Counted from the stretch's first letter, positions 38,415 to 49,293 are shown. The stretch: 64,000 nt of DNA from Candidatus Poseidoniia archaeon (GCA_029936395.1 JAPYSW010000002.1:3950-67949), one strand, 5' to 3'. The notes: generated by a model not told the origin, from the letters alone. Numbers and translations: made by a program.

Positions 38415-40661
38415 ATGTTAGATTTAACCCAAATAGAAAAGTTATATGCCAAAATGTCCAAGAAGCAGGATATAGCTAGACAAAATTTGGGTAGATTTTT
38501 AACTTTGTCTGAGAAAATTCTTTTCGGTCATTTAATAAATTTAGATAAAGTACCAAAACGCGGTAAATCGTATGTGGAACTTCAGCCAGATCGGGTGGCA
38601 ATGCAAGATGCTACAGCACAGATGGCACTTCTTCAGTTTGTATTAACTGGCCGTTCAGAAGTGGCAGTTCCTTCTACAGTCCATTGTGATCATCTTATTC
38701 AGGCTAGAGTTGGTAGGGATAGTGATTTGGCAGATGCAAATAAGGAAAGTTCAGAAGTTTTTTCTTTTCTGAAGTCAGCTTCTTCAAAATACGGTGCTGG
38801 GTTTTGGGAACCCGGAGCTGGAATTATTCATCAGGTCGTTCTTGAAAATTATGCATTTCCAGGAGGTATGATGATTGGTACAGACTCGCATACTCCAAAT
38901 GCAGGCGGTTTAGGAATGGTCGCAATTGGTGTTGGCGGTGCTGATGCTATGGAAGTTATGGCTGGTTTGCCATTTACTATACGTTGGCCAGGAGTAATTG
39001 GTGTTCATCTTATTGGAGAATTATCGGGTTGGACTTCACCTAAAGACGTAATTCTCAAAGTTTGCGAAGAGTTAACAGTTAAAGGAGGAACAAGTCATAT
39101 TGTTGAATACTTTGGACCAGGGGCATCTTCAATTTCATGTACTGGCAAAGGTACAATTTGTAACATGGGAGCTGAAGTTGGCGCTACAACATCCTTATTC
39201 CCTTTTGATGCTAGTATGTCCCGTTATCTGGATGCCACAGGGCGTTCTGGTGTTTCAGAATTAGCTAATAAGAATTCATCATTGCTAATGTCAGACCCCG
39301 AGGTTTCAGAGAATCCAGAAAAATACTATGATAGAATAATAGAGATTAATCTTTCAGATTTAGAGCCAATGATAGTTGGCCCTCATACTCCTGATTTAGC
39401 CCGTTCAGTTTCAGATTTGGGATTGGAAGCTAAAGCCAAAGGTTGGCCGACAGAAATTAAAGCAGCACTAATTGGTTCTTGTACAAATTCCTCATATGAA
39501 GATATGGAAAGAGCAGCTTCTATAGCAAGACAAGCCAAAGAAGCAGGAATAAAATCGAAAGTACAATTCATGGTTACACCAGGTTCGGATACTATAGATC
39601 AAACAATCCGTAGAGATGGTCAAATGCAACTTCTTGACGATATTGGAGGAACTGTATTAGCAAATGCTTGCGGCCCTTGTATAGGACAATGGAAACGTGA
39701 AGATGTATCCAAAGGTGAAGTAAACTCCATTGTATCTTCTTACAATAGAAATTTCAGTGGAAGGAATGATGGCAACCATCAAACATTATCGTTTTTGACA
39801 AGTCCCGAGGTAGTTACAGCAATGGCTCTTGCCGGCACTCTTGATTTCAACCCGCAGAAGGATAAGTTGATAGCAGCAGATGGAACTAAGTTTTCTCTCA
39901 AACCTCCTACTGGTTCCGAATTGCCGGCCAAAGGTTTTGAATCTAGTTTGGTAGGGTTCGTTCCACCATCCGAATCTTCGGTTGATCTGGAAGTATCTCC
40001 ATCAAGCCGAAGATTGCAATTTTTAGAACCTTTCAAAGCAATTACTAAGGATGAGTTGACTGACCTTCCTATTCTCATTAAGGTTAAAGGAAAATGTACT
40101 ACCGATCACATCTCTCCTGCAGGGATTTGGTTACAATTTAGAGGTCATTTAGATAATATTTCAGATAATTGTTACATTGGAGCTCATAATTCTTTTACAG
40201 AAGAACAAGGTACAGCAATCAATCAACTTGATGGAAGTAAAGAGAAATTGCCTAAGGTTGCACGCAAATATCATGAGAATGGACAAGGTTGGGCAGTAGT
40301 TGCAGATGTTAATTATGGTGAGGGAAGTAGTAGGGAGCATGCTGCTATGTCTCCAAGATTTTTGGGATGTAAAGTAGTAATTGCAAGAAGTATGGCTCGT
40401 ATTGCCGAAACCAATTTGAAGAAACAAGGCGTATTGCCTCTTATTTTTGCTGATGAATCCTCATGGGATTTATTAAGAATAGATGATCGATTAACAATCA
40501 AAGGAACTGATGAACTTGGCCCTAATTCCAAGGTCAGTGTGGAAGCAAAACACAGTGATGGAACTATGGACAATTTTGTTTGTAATCACAGTATGGATGG
40601 TTTGCAGGTAGAATGGTTCAAGGCAGGTTCAGCTTTGAATTATTTACGAGCCAATAGTTAA
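38415..40661 (+). CDS. acn: Aconitate hydratase
   Basis: Aconitase family cluster-ligand Cys (SCTNSS, CGPCIGQW) and 'NRNFSGR' substrate motif. 748 aa. Confidence 0.85.
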   Translation: MLDLTQIEKLYAKMSKKQDIARQNLGRFLTLSEKILFGHLINLDKVPKRGKSYVELQPDRVAMQDATAQMALLQFVLTGRSEVAVPSTVHCDHLIQARVGRDSDLADANKESSEVFSFLKSASSKYGAGFWEPGAGIIHQVVLENYAFPGGMMIGTDSHTPNAGGLGMVAIGVGGADAMEVMAGLPFTIRWPGVIGVHLIGELSGWTSPKDVILKVCEELTVKGGTSHIVEYFGPGASSISCTGKGTICNMGAEVGATTSLFPFDASMSRYLDATGRSGVSELANKNSSLLMSDPEVSENPEKYYDRIIEINLSDLEPMIVGPHTPDLARSVSDLGLEAKAKGWPTEIKAALIGSCTNSSYEDMERAASIARQAKEAGIKSKVQFMVTPGSDTIDQTIRRDGQMQLLDDIGGTVLANACGPCIGQWKREDVSKGEVNSIVSSYNRNFSGRNDGNHQTLSFLTSPEVVTAMALAGTLDFNPQKDKLIAADGTKFSLKPPTGSELPAKGFESSLVGFVPPSESSVDLEVSPSSRRLQFLEPFKAITKDELTDLPILIKVKGKCTTDHISPAGIWLQFRGHLDNISDNCYIGAHNSFTEEQGTAINQLDGSKEKLPKVARKYHENGQGWAVVADVNYGEGSSREHAAMSPRFLGCKVVIARSMARIAETNLKKQGVLPLIFADESSWDLLRIDDRLTIKGTDELGPNSKVSVEAKHSDGTMDNFVCNHSMDGLQVEWFKAGSALNYLRANS

Positions 40662-40670
40662 TTTTCTAGA

Positions 40671-41636
40671 TTATAGTAGAGCGCTATGTTCTACATCTTT
40701 TCCTTTTTGAACATAACCAATTACTTGTGAATCATCACCAAGAATTGATATTGATTTATCGGCATCACTCTTATTAATAATAATTATCATTCCCATACCC
40801 ATATTGAATGTTCGATACATTTCGTTGTCCTTAATATTTCCTTTTTTTTGTAACCAATTAAACACAGGAAGAACTGGCAGCGGATTATCAATTACATATT
40901 GAAAATTATCATTTATTCGATTAATATTATCTAATCCACCTCCAGTAATGTGTGCTATTCCGTGGACTTCTACTTGCTTAACCAAATCCATTACTTCTTT
41001 GACATAAATTCGGGTAGGTTTAACAAGCTGTTTTCCAATTTCCTTGTCTCCATCAAACAATTTTCGAATCAAAGTATATCCATTTGAATGAGGCCCACTT
41101 GCTTTTAATCCAATTAAGACATCGCCTTCAGAAATCTTGGTCCCATCAATAATATCTTTTTGTTTAACATATCCAACAGATGTTCCAGCAATATCAAAAC
41201 CGTGAACTAATTCAGGTAAAATAGCTGTTTCTCCTCCAGATAAAGTACAATTTGCTTGTTTACATCCTTCAGCCAATCCCATTCCAATTTTAGCCATTAA
41301 TTTTTCATCTGGTTTTTCAAGTGCTATATAATCTACAAAACTAAGAGGTTCAGATCCAACACATATTAGATCATTAACATTCATAGCTACACAATCAATT
41401 CCAACAGTGTGTATCGAGTCAAGTTCTTCAGCTAATAGAATTTTACTTCCGACTCCATCAGTACAAACAGCTAGAGCACCATCTCCAAGTTTTACTAATC
41501 CTGCAAATCCATTTTCTAATTTTATTGCTTCACCATCACCTTTTCGGTTGACGTCTTTAATTTGTGCAATTAGAGCTTCAGTTGCTTTTTCACTGGCATT
41601 AATATCTACTCCAGCTTCAGAATAAGTGCTTACCAT
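40671..41636 (-). CDS. purM: Phosphoribosylformylglycinamidine cyclo-ligase (AIR synthase)
   Basis: 'YSEAGVDINAS' and 'DGVGSKILLAEE'. Confidence 0.8.
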   Translation of the reverse strand: MVSTYSEAGVDINASEKATEALIAQIKDVNRKGDGEAIKLENGFAGLVKLGDGALAVCTDGVGSKILLAEELDSIHTVGIDCVAMNVNDLICVGSEPLSFVDYIALEKPDEKLMAKIGMGLAEGCKQANCTLSGGETAILPELVHGFDIAGTSVGYVKQKDIIDGTKISEGDVLIGLKASGPHSNGYTLIRKLFDGDKEIGKQLVKPTRIYVKEVMDLVKQVEVHGIAHITGGGLDNINRINDNFQYVIDNPLPVLPVFNWLQKKGNIKDNEMYRTFNMGMGMIIIINKSDADKSISILGDDSQVIGYVQKGKDVEHSALL

Positions 41637-41641
41637 ATGAT

Positions 41642-42874
41642 TTACATCTTGGCGTAGTAGTTTTGAATAACTGTACTGACCTGATTAATGTCAGTTATTC
41701 CTCTTTGTACCATAGATTCTAGAATTTTCTGTCTGTTCTGTGCCATTTCATCAAATTGCCTTGGTGAAACTCCAGCAGCCTTTGAGATTTTTTCTCTTAA
41801 TTTGCTTGGAACTCCTGTTTCTTCTAATTTGTTTGTTTGTCCATTCCACTTGAATAATGTATTTAATCGTGGTTTGTCTCCTTCTAAACCAGCTAATTCA
41901 GAGACTTCTGTAATTGTTCTTATTTGTTTTCCGCCAACTGCCATACGACTTTGCATTACAATTAGATGCAAAGCATTCATCATGATTGGAGGTACTTCCA
42001 TTGGAGGATTTATTAATCTTGAAACAGTTTCCTGTGCGGTATTTGCGTGAACAGTACCAAAACATCCGTCATGTCCGGTATTCATAGCGGTGAATAGGGT
42101 TTTTGCCTCAGGGCCTCTTACTTCACCTACAATTATTCTATCAGGTCTCATACGTAGAGTATTTTTCAGAAGAGCGTCCATATCCACTTCTGGTTCTTCA
42201 GGTTTTGTTGAATTAAATGTTTCAAGTTGAACATGATGTTCGTGTATAAGTTGAACTTCAGTTACATCTTCTATAGTAATAAGTCGATCTTTTGAAGGAA
42301 TAAATGCGCTAATAACGTTCAAAGTTGTTGTTTTTCCTGATCCAGTCCCTCCAGCAACTATGATATTACATGGAGCAGCCCCCATTCCATCACCAAACAT
42401 CCAGAACATTGATGCCAATCTAGGAGATACAGTTCCAAATTTCATTAAATCTATAATAGTCAATGGATCACTCATCTGTTTTCTAATAGTCATAGTAGGC
42501 CCATTCGGTGAAACAGGAGGAATAGTTGCGTTAACACGACTGCCATCAGGTAAGCGTCCATCTAGCAATAAATTACCCGGGCCAACTTGCCTTCCAACAT
42601 ATTTAGCCACTCTTTGAATAATTGCCATAGCCTCTTCACTACTCATCTTTACATTCGTAACGCACATACCATGTTTTCGATGAGCCACTATGATTGGCTT
42701 TTCAGGATGGTTGTACATTATTTCTTCTAAGTTATCATCATCCAACAGTGGTTTTAGGGAACCATACTGTGGTGATTTTGTTGCCTTTGTCACCTGATAA
42801 AGGTGTCGCTCAGCACCGGGTCTTTCCACGATGTTGGCAGTTGCATACTGTTCAATAATTCGCCCTTTTTCCAT
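41642..42874 (-). CDS. Type II/IV secretion ATPase (TadA/CpaF/VirB11-like)
   Basis: 'AGGTGSGKTTTLN' and 'GEVRGPEAKTLFTAMNTGHDGCFGTVHA'. Confidence 0.8.
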   Translation of the reverse strand: MEKGRIIEQYATANIVERPGAERHLYQVTKATKSPQYGSLKPLLDDDNLEEIMYNHPEKPIIVAHRKHGMCVTNVKMSSEEAMAIIQRVAKYVGRQVGPGNLLLDGRLPDGSRVNATIPPVSPNGPTMTIRKQMSDPLTIIDLMKFGTVSPRLASMFWMFGDGMGAAPCNIIVAGGTGSGKTTTLNVISAFIPSKDRLITIEDVTEVQLIHEHHVQLETFNSTKPEEPEVDMDALLKNTLRMRPDRIIVGEVRGPEAKTLFTAMNTGHDGCFGTVHANTAQETVSRLINPPMEVPPIMMNALHLIVMQSRMAVGGKQIRTITEVSELAGLEGDKPRLNTLFKWNGQTNKLEETGVPSKLREKISKAAGVSPRQFDEMAQNRQKILESMVQRGITDINQVSTVIQNYYAKM

Positions 42875-42876
42875 AT

Positions 42877-43659
42877 TTATCCTCCTAAACTAATTTGTAG
42901 TGATAATATAAGTGCTGTTAATGAATAAAATACAAATATTGGAGTTCTCCAGATTGCCGTTTTGGTTTTTTGTAGTATAACTGATTCCATCCACACGCTA
43001 CTAGCTCCCATAACGACCATGTAGAAGAACAAAGCACTATTCAATCCACTCATATCAAAGCTGAGCGTGGTTGAACCGGCACTAATGTCACCTCCAAAAA
43101 TAGCTACTATTGCTCCAAGCATTACTGGACAAGCGACCGAACCAAACCAAAGTATGAAATTTGCATTACTTTGTGTTTTCAGGATCCTTTCTTTTTTGAG
43201 CATATAAATTTCCCAGAATTCATCAGAAATCTTTTCAAGCGTTGTAGCTATACTACCTGATGATGCCAGAGCTACATTCAGGATGCTTACTATTCTTGAA
43301 ATCATTGATGATTCGCTCTTTTCCGCGAAAGTTTTCATTGCATTTCCAAAGCCACTATCTCTCATATCACTTACAGCACCTCTAAGCATCATTCCCATTC
43401 TATCCTCTCTACTATTTGCTATAGCGTCTAAGGCAGATTCAACACCCATCCCAGCTCTTAATTCTTCAGCTAAATCAGCTAGAACATCAGGCCAAGAATT
43501 TTCTAATTCTGTGATTCGTTCTTGCTTTCTCTTTTGGGGAATATAAATCAATCCACCTATAATTCCTAGAACTCCACAAGCTAGCCACAAGAGTAAAGCA
43601 ATTTTCCCTATCCCATCAACGCCCAGACTGTCTTCTAATGTATCTATCATTCTAAACAC
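42877..43659 (-). CDS. TadB/TadC-like platform protein (T2SS-F domain)
   Basis: Cytoplasmic helical domain flanked by TM helices. Confidence 0.55.
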   Translation of the reverse strand: MFRMIDTLEDSLGVDGIGKIALLLWLACGVLGIIGGLIYIPQKRKQERITELENSWPDVLADLAEELRAGMGVESALDAIANSREDRMGMMLRGAVSDMRDSGFGNAMKTFAEKSESSMISRIVSILNVALASSGSIATTLEKISDEFWEIYMLKKERILKTQSNANFILWFGSVACPVMLGAIVAIFGGDISAGSTTLSFDMSGLNSALFFYMVVMGASSVWMESVILQKTKTAIWRTPIFVFYSLTALILSLQISLGG

Positions 43660-44233
43660 CAGGCTCCTTTGATTTAGTACTCGTAATTAATCCAGCTAAC
43701 AAAATTCCAGTTACAACAAATGCAACTGGGGCACACCATTCAGGCATAGTCATTCCTCCTCCGAAAGCTGCAGCTTCTTCACTACCCATAATTCCACTAA
43801 TTACTGCACCAATTACAACGATAATAGGTAGCAGCATGGAAATAATCATGAATTGTTCAGATGCTCCAGATAAGCTTTCTATGAATCCATCTAATTCAAC
43901 TCTTCTATCTTTAGCTTCTTTTTCAGCAATAGATCTTAATCGATCAATTACGTTTGTATCTTCTTCAACTGACATTACTAAAGTAGAAAGTACTCTTCTT
44001 AATCCTGCAGACTCAGTCTTTCTGGATTGAGTGCGAATAGCATCGCCAAATGCTTTTCCACCATCCGTATCCCTGAAAATTTGTTTGAATACTCCGCTCA
44101 AATCTCCATATTCTTCATCAGCAATATGCTTCATTGCTTCAGCAACGCCAACGCCAGATTCTAGTAAAACTTCTATAGCACGAATAGCGTATAATAATTC
44201 TTGGTCGACTGATGACAAGTGTATAGTCAACAC
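43652..44233 (-). CDS. TadB/TadC-like platform protein (T2SS-F domain)
   Basis: Same architecture as the previous gene. Overlapping reading frames. Confidence 0.55.
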   Translation of the reverse strand: MLTIHLSSVDQELLYAIRAIEVLLESGVGVAEAMKHIADEEYGDLSGVFKQIFRDTDGGKAFGDAIRTQSRKTESAGLRRVLSTLVMSVEEDTNVIDRLRSIAEKEAKDRRVELDGFIESLSGASEQFMIISMLLPIIVVIGAVISGIMGSEEAAAFGGGMTMPEWCAPVAFVVTGILLAGLITSTKSKEPGV

Positions 44234-44261
44234 GGGGCCAATATTAAACTTTTAACTTTTT

Positions 44262-44972
44262 CTAGATTTGAATCCCTTCTAAATCTCTTCGATATGTAAT
44301 TGCACCAGTATAGAATGAGAAAACCATACACCATTCACAAAGAGCTGTTAGATTCAGATAGACGCTTCTTTCATCATCCACGGTAGGTGGATTATCCATT
44401 CTATAGAAGAACTCTTTATCTTCTGAAACCAATTGTTGACCATCTAATCCATTAAAGATTACCATACCTATATAGAAAAACCAACCCGCATAAACTGCAT
44501 ATTTTCGTATTTTATTTTTTTGCCCAGATAATTCAAAGATGTTATTTGCAAAAGTACCCCAGATTAGGAAAGACGTGAAAAGAACAAATGCAGTAATTCC
44601 ATGCAATACTGGAAAGTTATTCCAGTTGAAATTTACAGTTATGATTCCGCAGATAGCTCCAATACTTGCTATAATTCTAATAATATCATTTCTTCTTTCC
44701 CATATTTCTTTATTTTCTAAATTAGTTATTATATCATTAAAGATACGGTGGAACACTTGAGCTAATATAAGAAAGCTGAATATACTTACTCCAAGCCCAG
44801 CTCCAAAAATACTAGATTCAGGTTCATTAAATGGCATCTCCGATATAATTGGAATAAAAGGTGTAACTCTTCCACTAGTTGTTGAAACAAGATATGTAAG
44901 AATGATTGTTCCCAATCCTAAAAATACGCTAATTTCGAGTAATCTCAGAGCGCTTTTTGTATTATTTTTCAT
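44262..44972 (-). CDS. 6-TM membrane protein, unknown function
   Basis: Hydrophobicity. Overlaps the ppdK stop. Confidence 0.35.
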   Translation of the reverse strand: MKNNTKSALRLLEISVFLGLGTIILTYLVSTTSGRVTPFIPIISEMPFNEPESSIFGAGLGVSIFSFLILAQVFHRIFNDIITNLENKEIWERRNDIIRIIASIGAICGIITVNFNWNNFPVLHGITAFVLFTSFLIWGTFANNIFELSGQKNKIRKYAVYAGWFFYIGMVIFNGLDGQQLVSEDKEFFYRMDNPPTVDDERSVYLNLTALCEWCMVFSFYTGAITYRRDLEGIQI

Positions 44973-47664
44973 TGTTTAATACAGCTTGAGCTGCAGAAAG
45001 CCTAGCGATAGGGACTCTAAAAGGAGAGCATGAGACATAATCCATTCCAACGTCATGACAGAAATGAATTGATTTTGGCTCACCACCATGTTCACCGCAT
45101 ATTCCGATTTTAAGATCAGGTTTTGTCTTTCTTCCCTTTTCGATGCCCATTTTAACTAATTCACATACAGCTTCATCAAGACTTGCAAACGGATCTTCTG
45201 GTAATAATCCTTGTTCTAAATAAGCAGGCATAAATCCGCCAGTATCATCTCGACTAAATCCAAAAGCCATTTGAGTCAAATCATTAGTTCCGAATGAGAA
45301 AAATTCTGCAGTTTCTGCAATTCTATCAGCAATAACTGTAGCTCTTGGAATTTCAATCATAGTTCCTACCATGTAATTATCCAAATTGTCGATATTGGAA
45401 GCAATTTCCCTTATTATCTTTTCTTGATGATTATATTCAGTTTCCATTCCTGTTAATGGAACCATTATTTCAGGGAAAGTTTTGACGCCTTCAACATTTA
45501 ACTCCGCTGCAGCTTCGAGTATTGCTTGAGCTTGCATTTCCGTAATCTCCGGATGAGTTATTCCTAATCGAACTCCTCTATGTCCCATCATTGGATTGGA
45601 TTCTTTTAGCGCATCCGATCTTCTGGCCAATTCAGTTGAATCAATTCCAAGTGATTCAGAGAGTTCTTTTTGCCTATTCTTATCATGTGGTATAAATTCA
45701 TGCAATGGTGGGTCCATTAATCTGATTGTAACTGGAAGTCCTTCCATTGTTTTTAGAGTATTTTTGATATCCTTTTTCATATATGGGAATAATAAATCTA
45801 AGGCAGTTTTACGTTCATCAGAGTTATTAGCCATTATCATTTCTTGAAGATGGAATAAAGGTTTTTCAGCACCTTCACCATAGAACATATGTTCGATTCT
45901 AAAGAGTCCAATACCTTCAGCTCCGAAGTTTAGAGCTCTTTTAGCATCTGCTGACGTTTCGGCATTTGTTCTAACTTTCAATTTTTTGATTCCATCACAC
46001 ATGCCTAAAAAATGAGTTAGATAATCACTACTAATGTCAGTTTCAATTAATGGCAGTTCGCCTTCGTATACTTTTCCGGCAGTCCCATTCAAAGTAATTA
46101 AGTCTCCTTCTTTTATGGTATTTCCGTTAATTACAAATTCTTTCTTAAAGGAATTAACTTTCATTTCTCCAGCTCCGACAATACAGCACATCCCCCAACC
46201 TCTTGCAACTAAAGCAGCATGTGAAGTCATTCCACCTCTAGAAGTTAAGATTGCAACAGCAGCTCTCATCCCTTCAACATCTTCCGGATTCGTTTCTTCA
46301 CGAACTAATACAACAGTTTCGCCTTTTGCAGCCCAGTCAACAGCATCTTGTGCTGTGAAAACAGCTTTTCCAGTTGCACCTCCAGGTCCTGCAGGCAATC
46401 CTTTTGCGAGTAATGGGGTAATTTTTTCCACATCGGGATCAACGATTGGATGTAATAATTCATCTAATTGAGATGGTGTAACTCTAGTTACTGCAGTCTT
46501 TTCATCAATCATCTTTTCATGTGCCATCTCAGAAGCCATACGGATTGCAGCAGGTCCATTTCTCTTACCTATTCGACATTGCAGCATCCATAGTTTTCCA
46601 GATTGAATAGTAAACTCAATATCTAACATGTCATTGTAGTGTTTTTCAAGATTTAGTCTAATAGAATTTAATTCGTTGTATAATTTTGGGTATTCTTGTT
46701 CCAAACTAGATAAATTCCCACTATGTTCCGTTCTACAAACCTCATTAAGTGGATTAGGCGTTCTTATTCCAGCTACAACATCTTCTCCCTGAGCTTTTGC
46801 TAACCATTCACCATAAAAGTTATTTTCACCGGTCGCAGGATTTCTAGTAAATGCTACACCAGTAGCACTATCTTCTCCTAGATTTCCAAATACCATTGCT
46901 TGTACATTAACTGCAGTTCCCCATTCTTCAGGTATATTCTCAATCTTCCTGTAAGCTTTTGCTCTTTTTCCATCCCATGAATGGAAAACTGCAGAAATGG
47001 CTCCCCACAATTGTTGCCATGGATCTTCAGGGAATGGTTTTTTGAGAACTTCTATAACCTTTCCTTTATAAATTTCAACTAAATCTTTCAAATTAATAGC
47101 TGATAATTCAGTATCTTCAGTTACACCAGCTTGTTCTTTCATCTTTTCTAATTCATGCTCTAATTGATTCCTAATTCCCATACCTTCTTCAGGTTCAATT
47201 CCTGAAGCTTTTTCCATAACTACATCAGAATACATCTGAATTAATCTTCTTTGAGCATCATATACAAATCTTGGATCTCCACTTTTAGCAATTAATCCCT
47301 CTCTTGTAAAATCGTTTAAGCCTACATTTAGAACAGTTTCCATCATTCCTGGCATTGAGGCTCTAGCTCCTGAACGTACAGAGAGTAATAGTGGATTATC
47401 GGGATCTCCAAATATAGTTCCTACATTATTTTCAATATCCTTAATGGCTCCTTTCAATTGTTCTTCTAATTCATCAGGATAGTTCTTATTATTTTCATTA
47501 TAGAATGTACAAATTTCAGTAGTTATTGTGCATCCAGGAGGCACTGGAATCTCTAAAATAGCCATTTCAGCAAGATTTGCACCTTTTCCACCCAATAGGT
47601 TTTTCATCTCTGCATCACCATCAGTCATGCCAGGTCCAAATCGATAAATATGTGCTTTACTCAT
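44962..47664 (-). CDS. ppdK: Pyruvate, phosphate dikinase
   Basis: 'GGKGANLAEM', 'TSHAALVARGWG' (catalytic His) and a PEP-utilising C-terminus. Confidence 0.95.
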   Translation of the reverse strand: MSKAHIYRFGPGMTDGDAEMKNLLGGKGANLAEMAILEIPVPPGCTITTEICTFYNENNKNYPDELEEQLKGAIKDIENNVGTIFGDPDNPLLLSVRSGARASMPGMMETVLNVGLNDFTREGLIAKSGDPRFVYDAQRRLIQMYSDVVMEKASGIEPEEGMGIRNQLEHELEKMKEQAGVTEDTELSAINLKDLVEIYKGKVIEVLKKPFPEDPWQQLWGAISAVFHSWDGKRAKAYRKIENIPEEWGTAVNVQAMVFGNLGEDSATGVAFTRNPATGENNFYGEWLAKAQGEDVVAGIRTPNPLNEVCRTEHSGNLSSLEQEYPKLYNELNSIRLNLEKHYNDMLDIEFTIQSGKLWMLQCRIGKRNGPAAIRMASEMAHEKMIDEKTAVTRVTPSQLDELLHPIVDPDVEKITPLLAKGLPAGPGGATGKAVFTAQDAVDWAAKGETVVLVREETNPEDVEGMRAAVAILTSRGGMTSHAALVARGWGMCCIVGAGEMKVNSFKKEFVINGNTIKEGDLITLNGTAGKVYEGELPLIETDISSDYLTHFLGMCDGIKKLKVRTNAETSADAKRALNFGAEGIGLFRIEHMFYGEGAEKPLFHLQEMIMANNSDERKTALDLLFPYMKKDIKNTLKTMEGLPVTIRLMDPPLHEFIPHDKNRQKELSESLGIDSTELARRSDALKESNPMMGHRGVRLGITHPEITEMQAQAILEAAAELNVEGVKTFPEIMVPLTGMETEYNHQEKIIREIASNIDNLDNYMVGTMIEIPRATVIADRIAETAEFFSFGTNDLTQMAFGFSRDDTGGFMPAYLEQGLLPEDPFASLDEAVCELVKMGIEKGRKTKPDLKIGICGEHGGEPKSIHFCHDVGMDYVSCSPFRVPIARLSAAQAVLNNEK

Positions 47665-47712
47665 TATATCCTCAGGATTGTCTATTGAATGTGGTATTAA
47701 TCTTCTTCCTCT

Positions 47713-48138
47713 TTATTCTATAGGGTCATGTAATTTCCCAATAAGGGGCCAACCAGGCCACATAAGTCGATTATCCAATTCAATCATAATATGATAAACA
47801 TCCTCATATCCTTGAATAATATGTTCTACTAAACAAGGCCTACAATCATCACTTAACCACTTTCTAATATTTTCAGGTTTTCCAATTTCTAAACTATCTG
47901 CAACATCACATAATTCGGTTAATCTATCTTCTAATTGGGAAATAAAATCATCAGATTCCTTTAGAGCCATTGTTAAATGTGTAAATCGCAATTCAGAATC
48001 ATTCACTAGTAATTCAATATGATCATGTTTAGGCGCTCCTTGTTCATTTAACATTTCAATTAATTTCTTTTCACCATATATTTGGCTTGCTGCAGCTAAA
48101 AGAAATCTCAAACTTTCTATTTTTTTATCATGATTCAT
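47713..48138 (-). CDS. Hypothetical protein (141 aa)
   Basis: No motif recognised. Confidence 0.3.
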   Translation of the reverse strand: MNHDKKIESLRFLLAAASQIYGEKKLIEMLNEQGAPKHDHIELLVNDSELRFTHLTMALKESDDFISQLEDRLTELCDVADSLEIGKPENIRKWLSDDCRPCLVEHIIQGYEDVYHIMIELDNRLMWPGWPLIGKLHDPIE

Positions 48139-48607
48139 TGTATTCCTCTAGATAATTTACAATGGTCAAGATATCATTTTCCGATGCAATTGCAGTTTCT
48201 TCATCAATAGTTTTGCCAATATCAACACACATTATATTTTCAGCAGAGTAAGCTTTCCATTTCTTAGTAATTTTTTTAGTACGATTTAATATGATAATTT
48301 TTTTTATATCAGGAGTATTTTGAACTAAATAGTTCCATAATTCAATAAAGTTCTCATCGGGTTTTTCTATGCCATTTCCAACAATAAGTTGTATGTCTGC
48401 AGCTTTAAGCCAATTAATCCAAGCTTTTCCAGTAGCAGTAGGTGCATCAATTTCATAGAACATCATTCCTTTTAATTCACATGAATGATCGAGCATCATA
48501 TCAGGCACATTATCAGGAATTACAAAATTACCTTGTGGTTTAGGTAAACTTCTCATAAATGTTGATTTTCCAGCACCCATTGGGCCAGTTACCATAATAT
48601 GTCTCAT
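48128..48607 (-). CDS. Small P-loop NTPase (kinase- or GTPase-like)
   Basis: 'VTGPMGAGKST' Walker A. 159 aa. Confidence 0.5.
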   Translation of the reverse strand: MRHIMVTGPMGAGKSTFMRSLPKPQGNFVIPDNVPDMMLDHSCELKGMMFYEIDAPTATGKAWINWLKAADIQLIVGNGIEKPDENFIELWNYLVQNTPDIKKIIILNRTKKITKKWKAYSAENIMCVDIGKTIDEETAIASENDILTIVNYLEEYNES

Positions 48608-49293
48608 CGTTTCCCTTCTCTGATTGCTTTGAATATTCCCATTAAATTTTCATATTCACCCTCATCAGGATTTCCTCGAGAGATTAGTCTTCTAAGTGTC
48701 GTTCTTGATCTATCTAATCGTCTTTCAGGGTAACTACTACCTTCTAACATATTCATTATGCGGTCTACCAATCTTTCAAATTCTTCTTGGGAAACTGCTT
48801 TACGTTTTTTTGGGCTTTTTACTTTTTCTTTACGTTTTATTTCATAAAGTATAATACCAACTGCGTGTGATAAATTCAGAATAGGATAATCTGGGTTTGT
48901 AGGGATAGTTATCGTTACTTCACATAATGCTAATTCTTCTCTATACAATCCATAATTTTCTCTTCCAAAGACTAATGCCGGATTTAACCTTTCATTCATT
49001 AATTCATTAATCTTTTTTACATCTTTAGGCGCTCTAAACCACCTTTTATCACCTTCAGGTTTAATTCCACTAGTTCCAATAGCGATATCGCAGTCTGCTA
49101 ATGCTTTTTCCATGGTATTGAATCGTTTTAAATTTTCTAAAATTGGTCTACCTGATTTAGATCGGGCATATCCATCATCATTTATTTCACACCCATTTAC
49201 TAATGCTAAATCAGTTATTCCAAAATTTGCCATAGCTCGCGCCACTGCGCCTACATTTCCGGGATGCTGTGGTTCAACTAGGATAATTCTCAA
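48604..49293 (-). CDS. SpoU/TrmH-family RNA 2'-O-methyltransferase (TrmJ-like)
   Basis: 'MRIILVEPQHPGNVGAVARAMANFG'. Confidence 0.7.
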   Translation of the reverse strand: MRIILVEPQHPGNVGAVARAMANFGITDLALVNGCEINDDGYARSKSGRPILENLKRFNTMEKALADCDIAIGTSGIKPEGDKRWFRAPKDVKKINELMNERLNPALVFGRENYGLYREELALCEVTITIPTNPDYPILNLSHAVGIILYEIKRKEKVKSPKKRKAVSQEEFERLVDRIMNMLEGSSYPERRLDRSRTTLRRLISRGNPDEGEYENLMGIFKAIREGKR

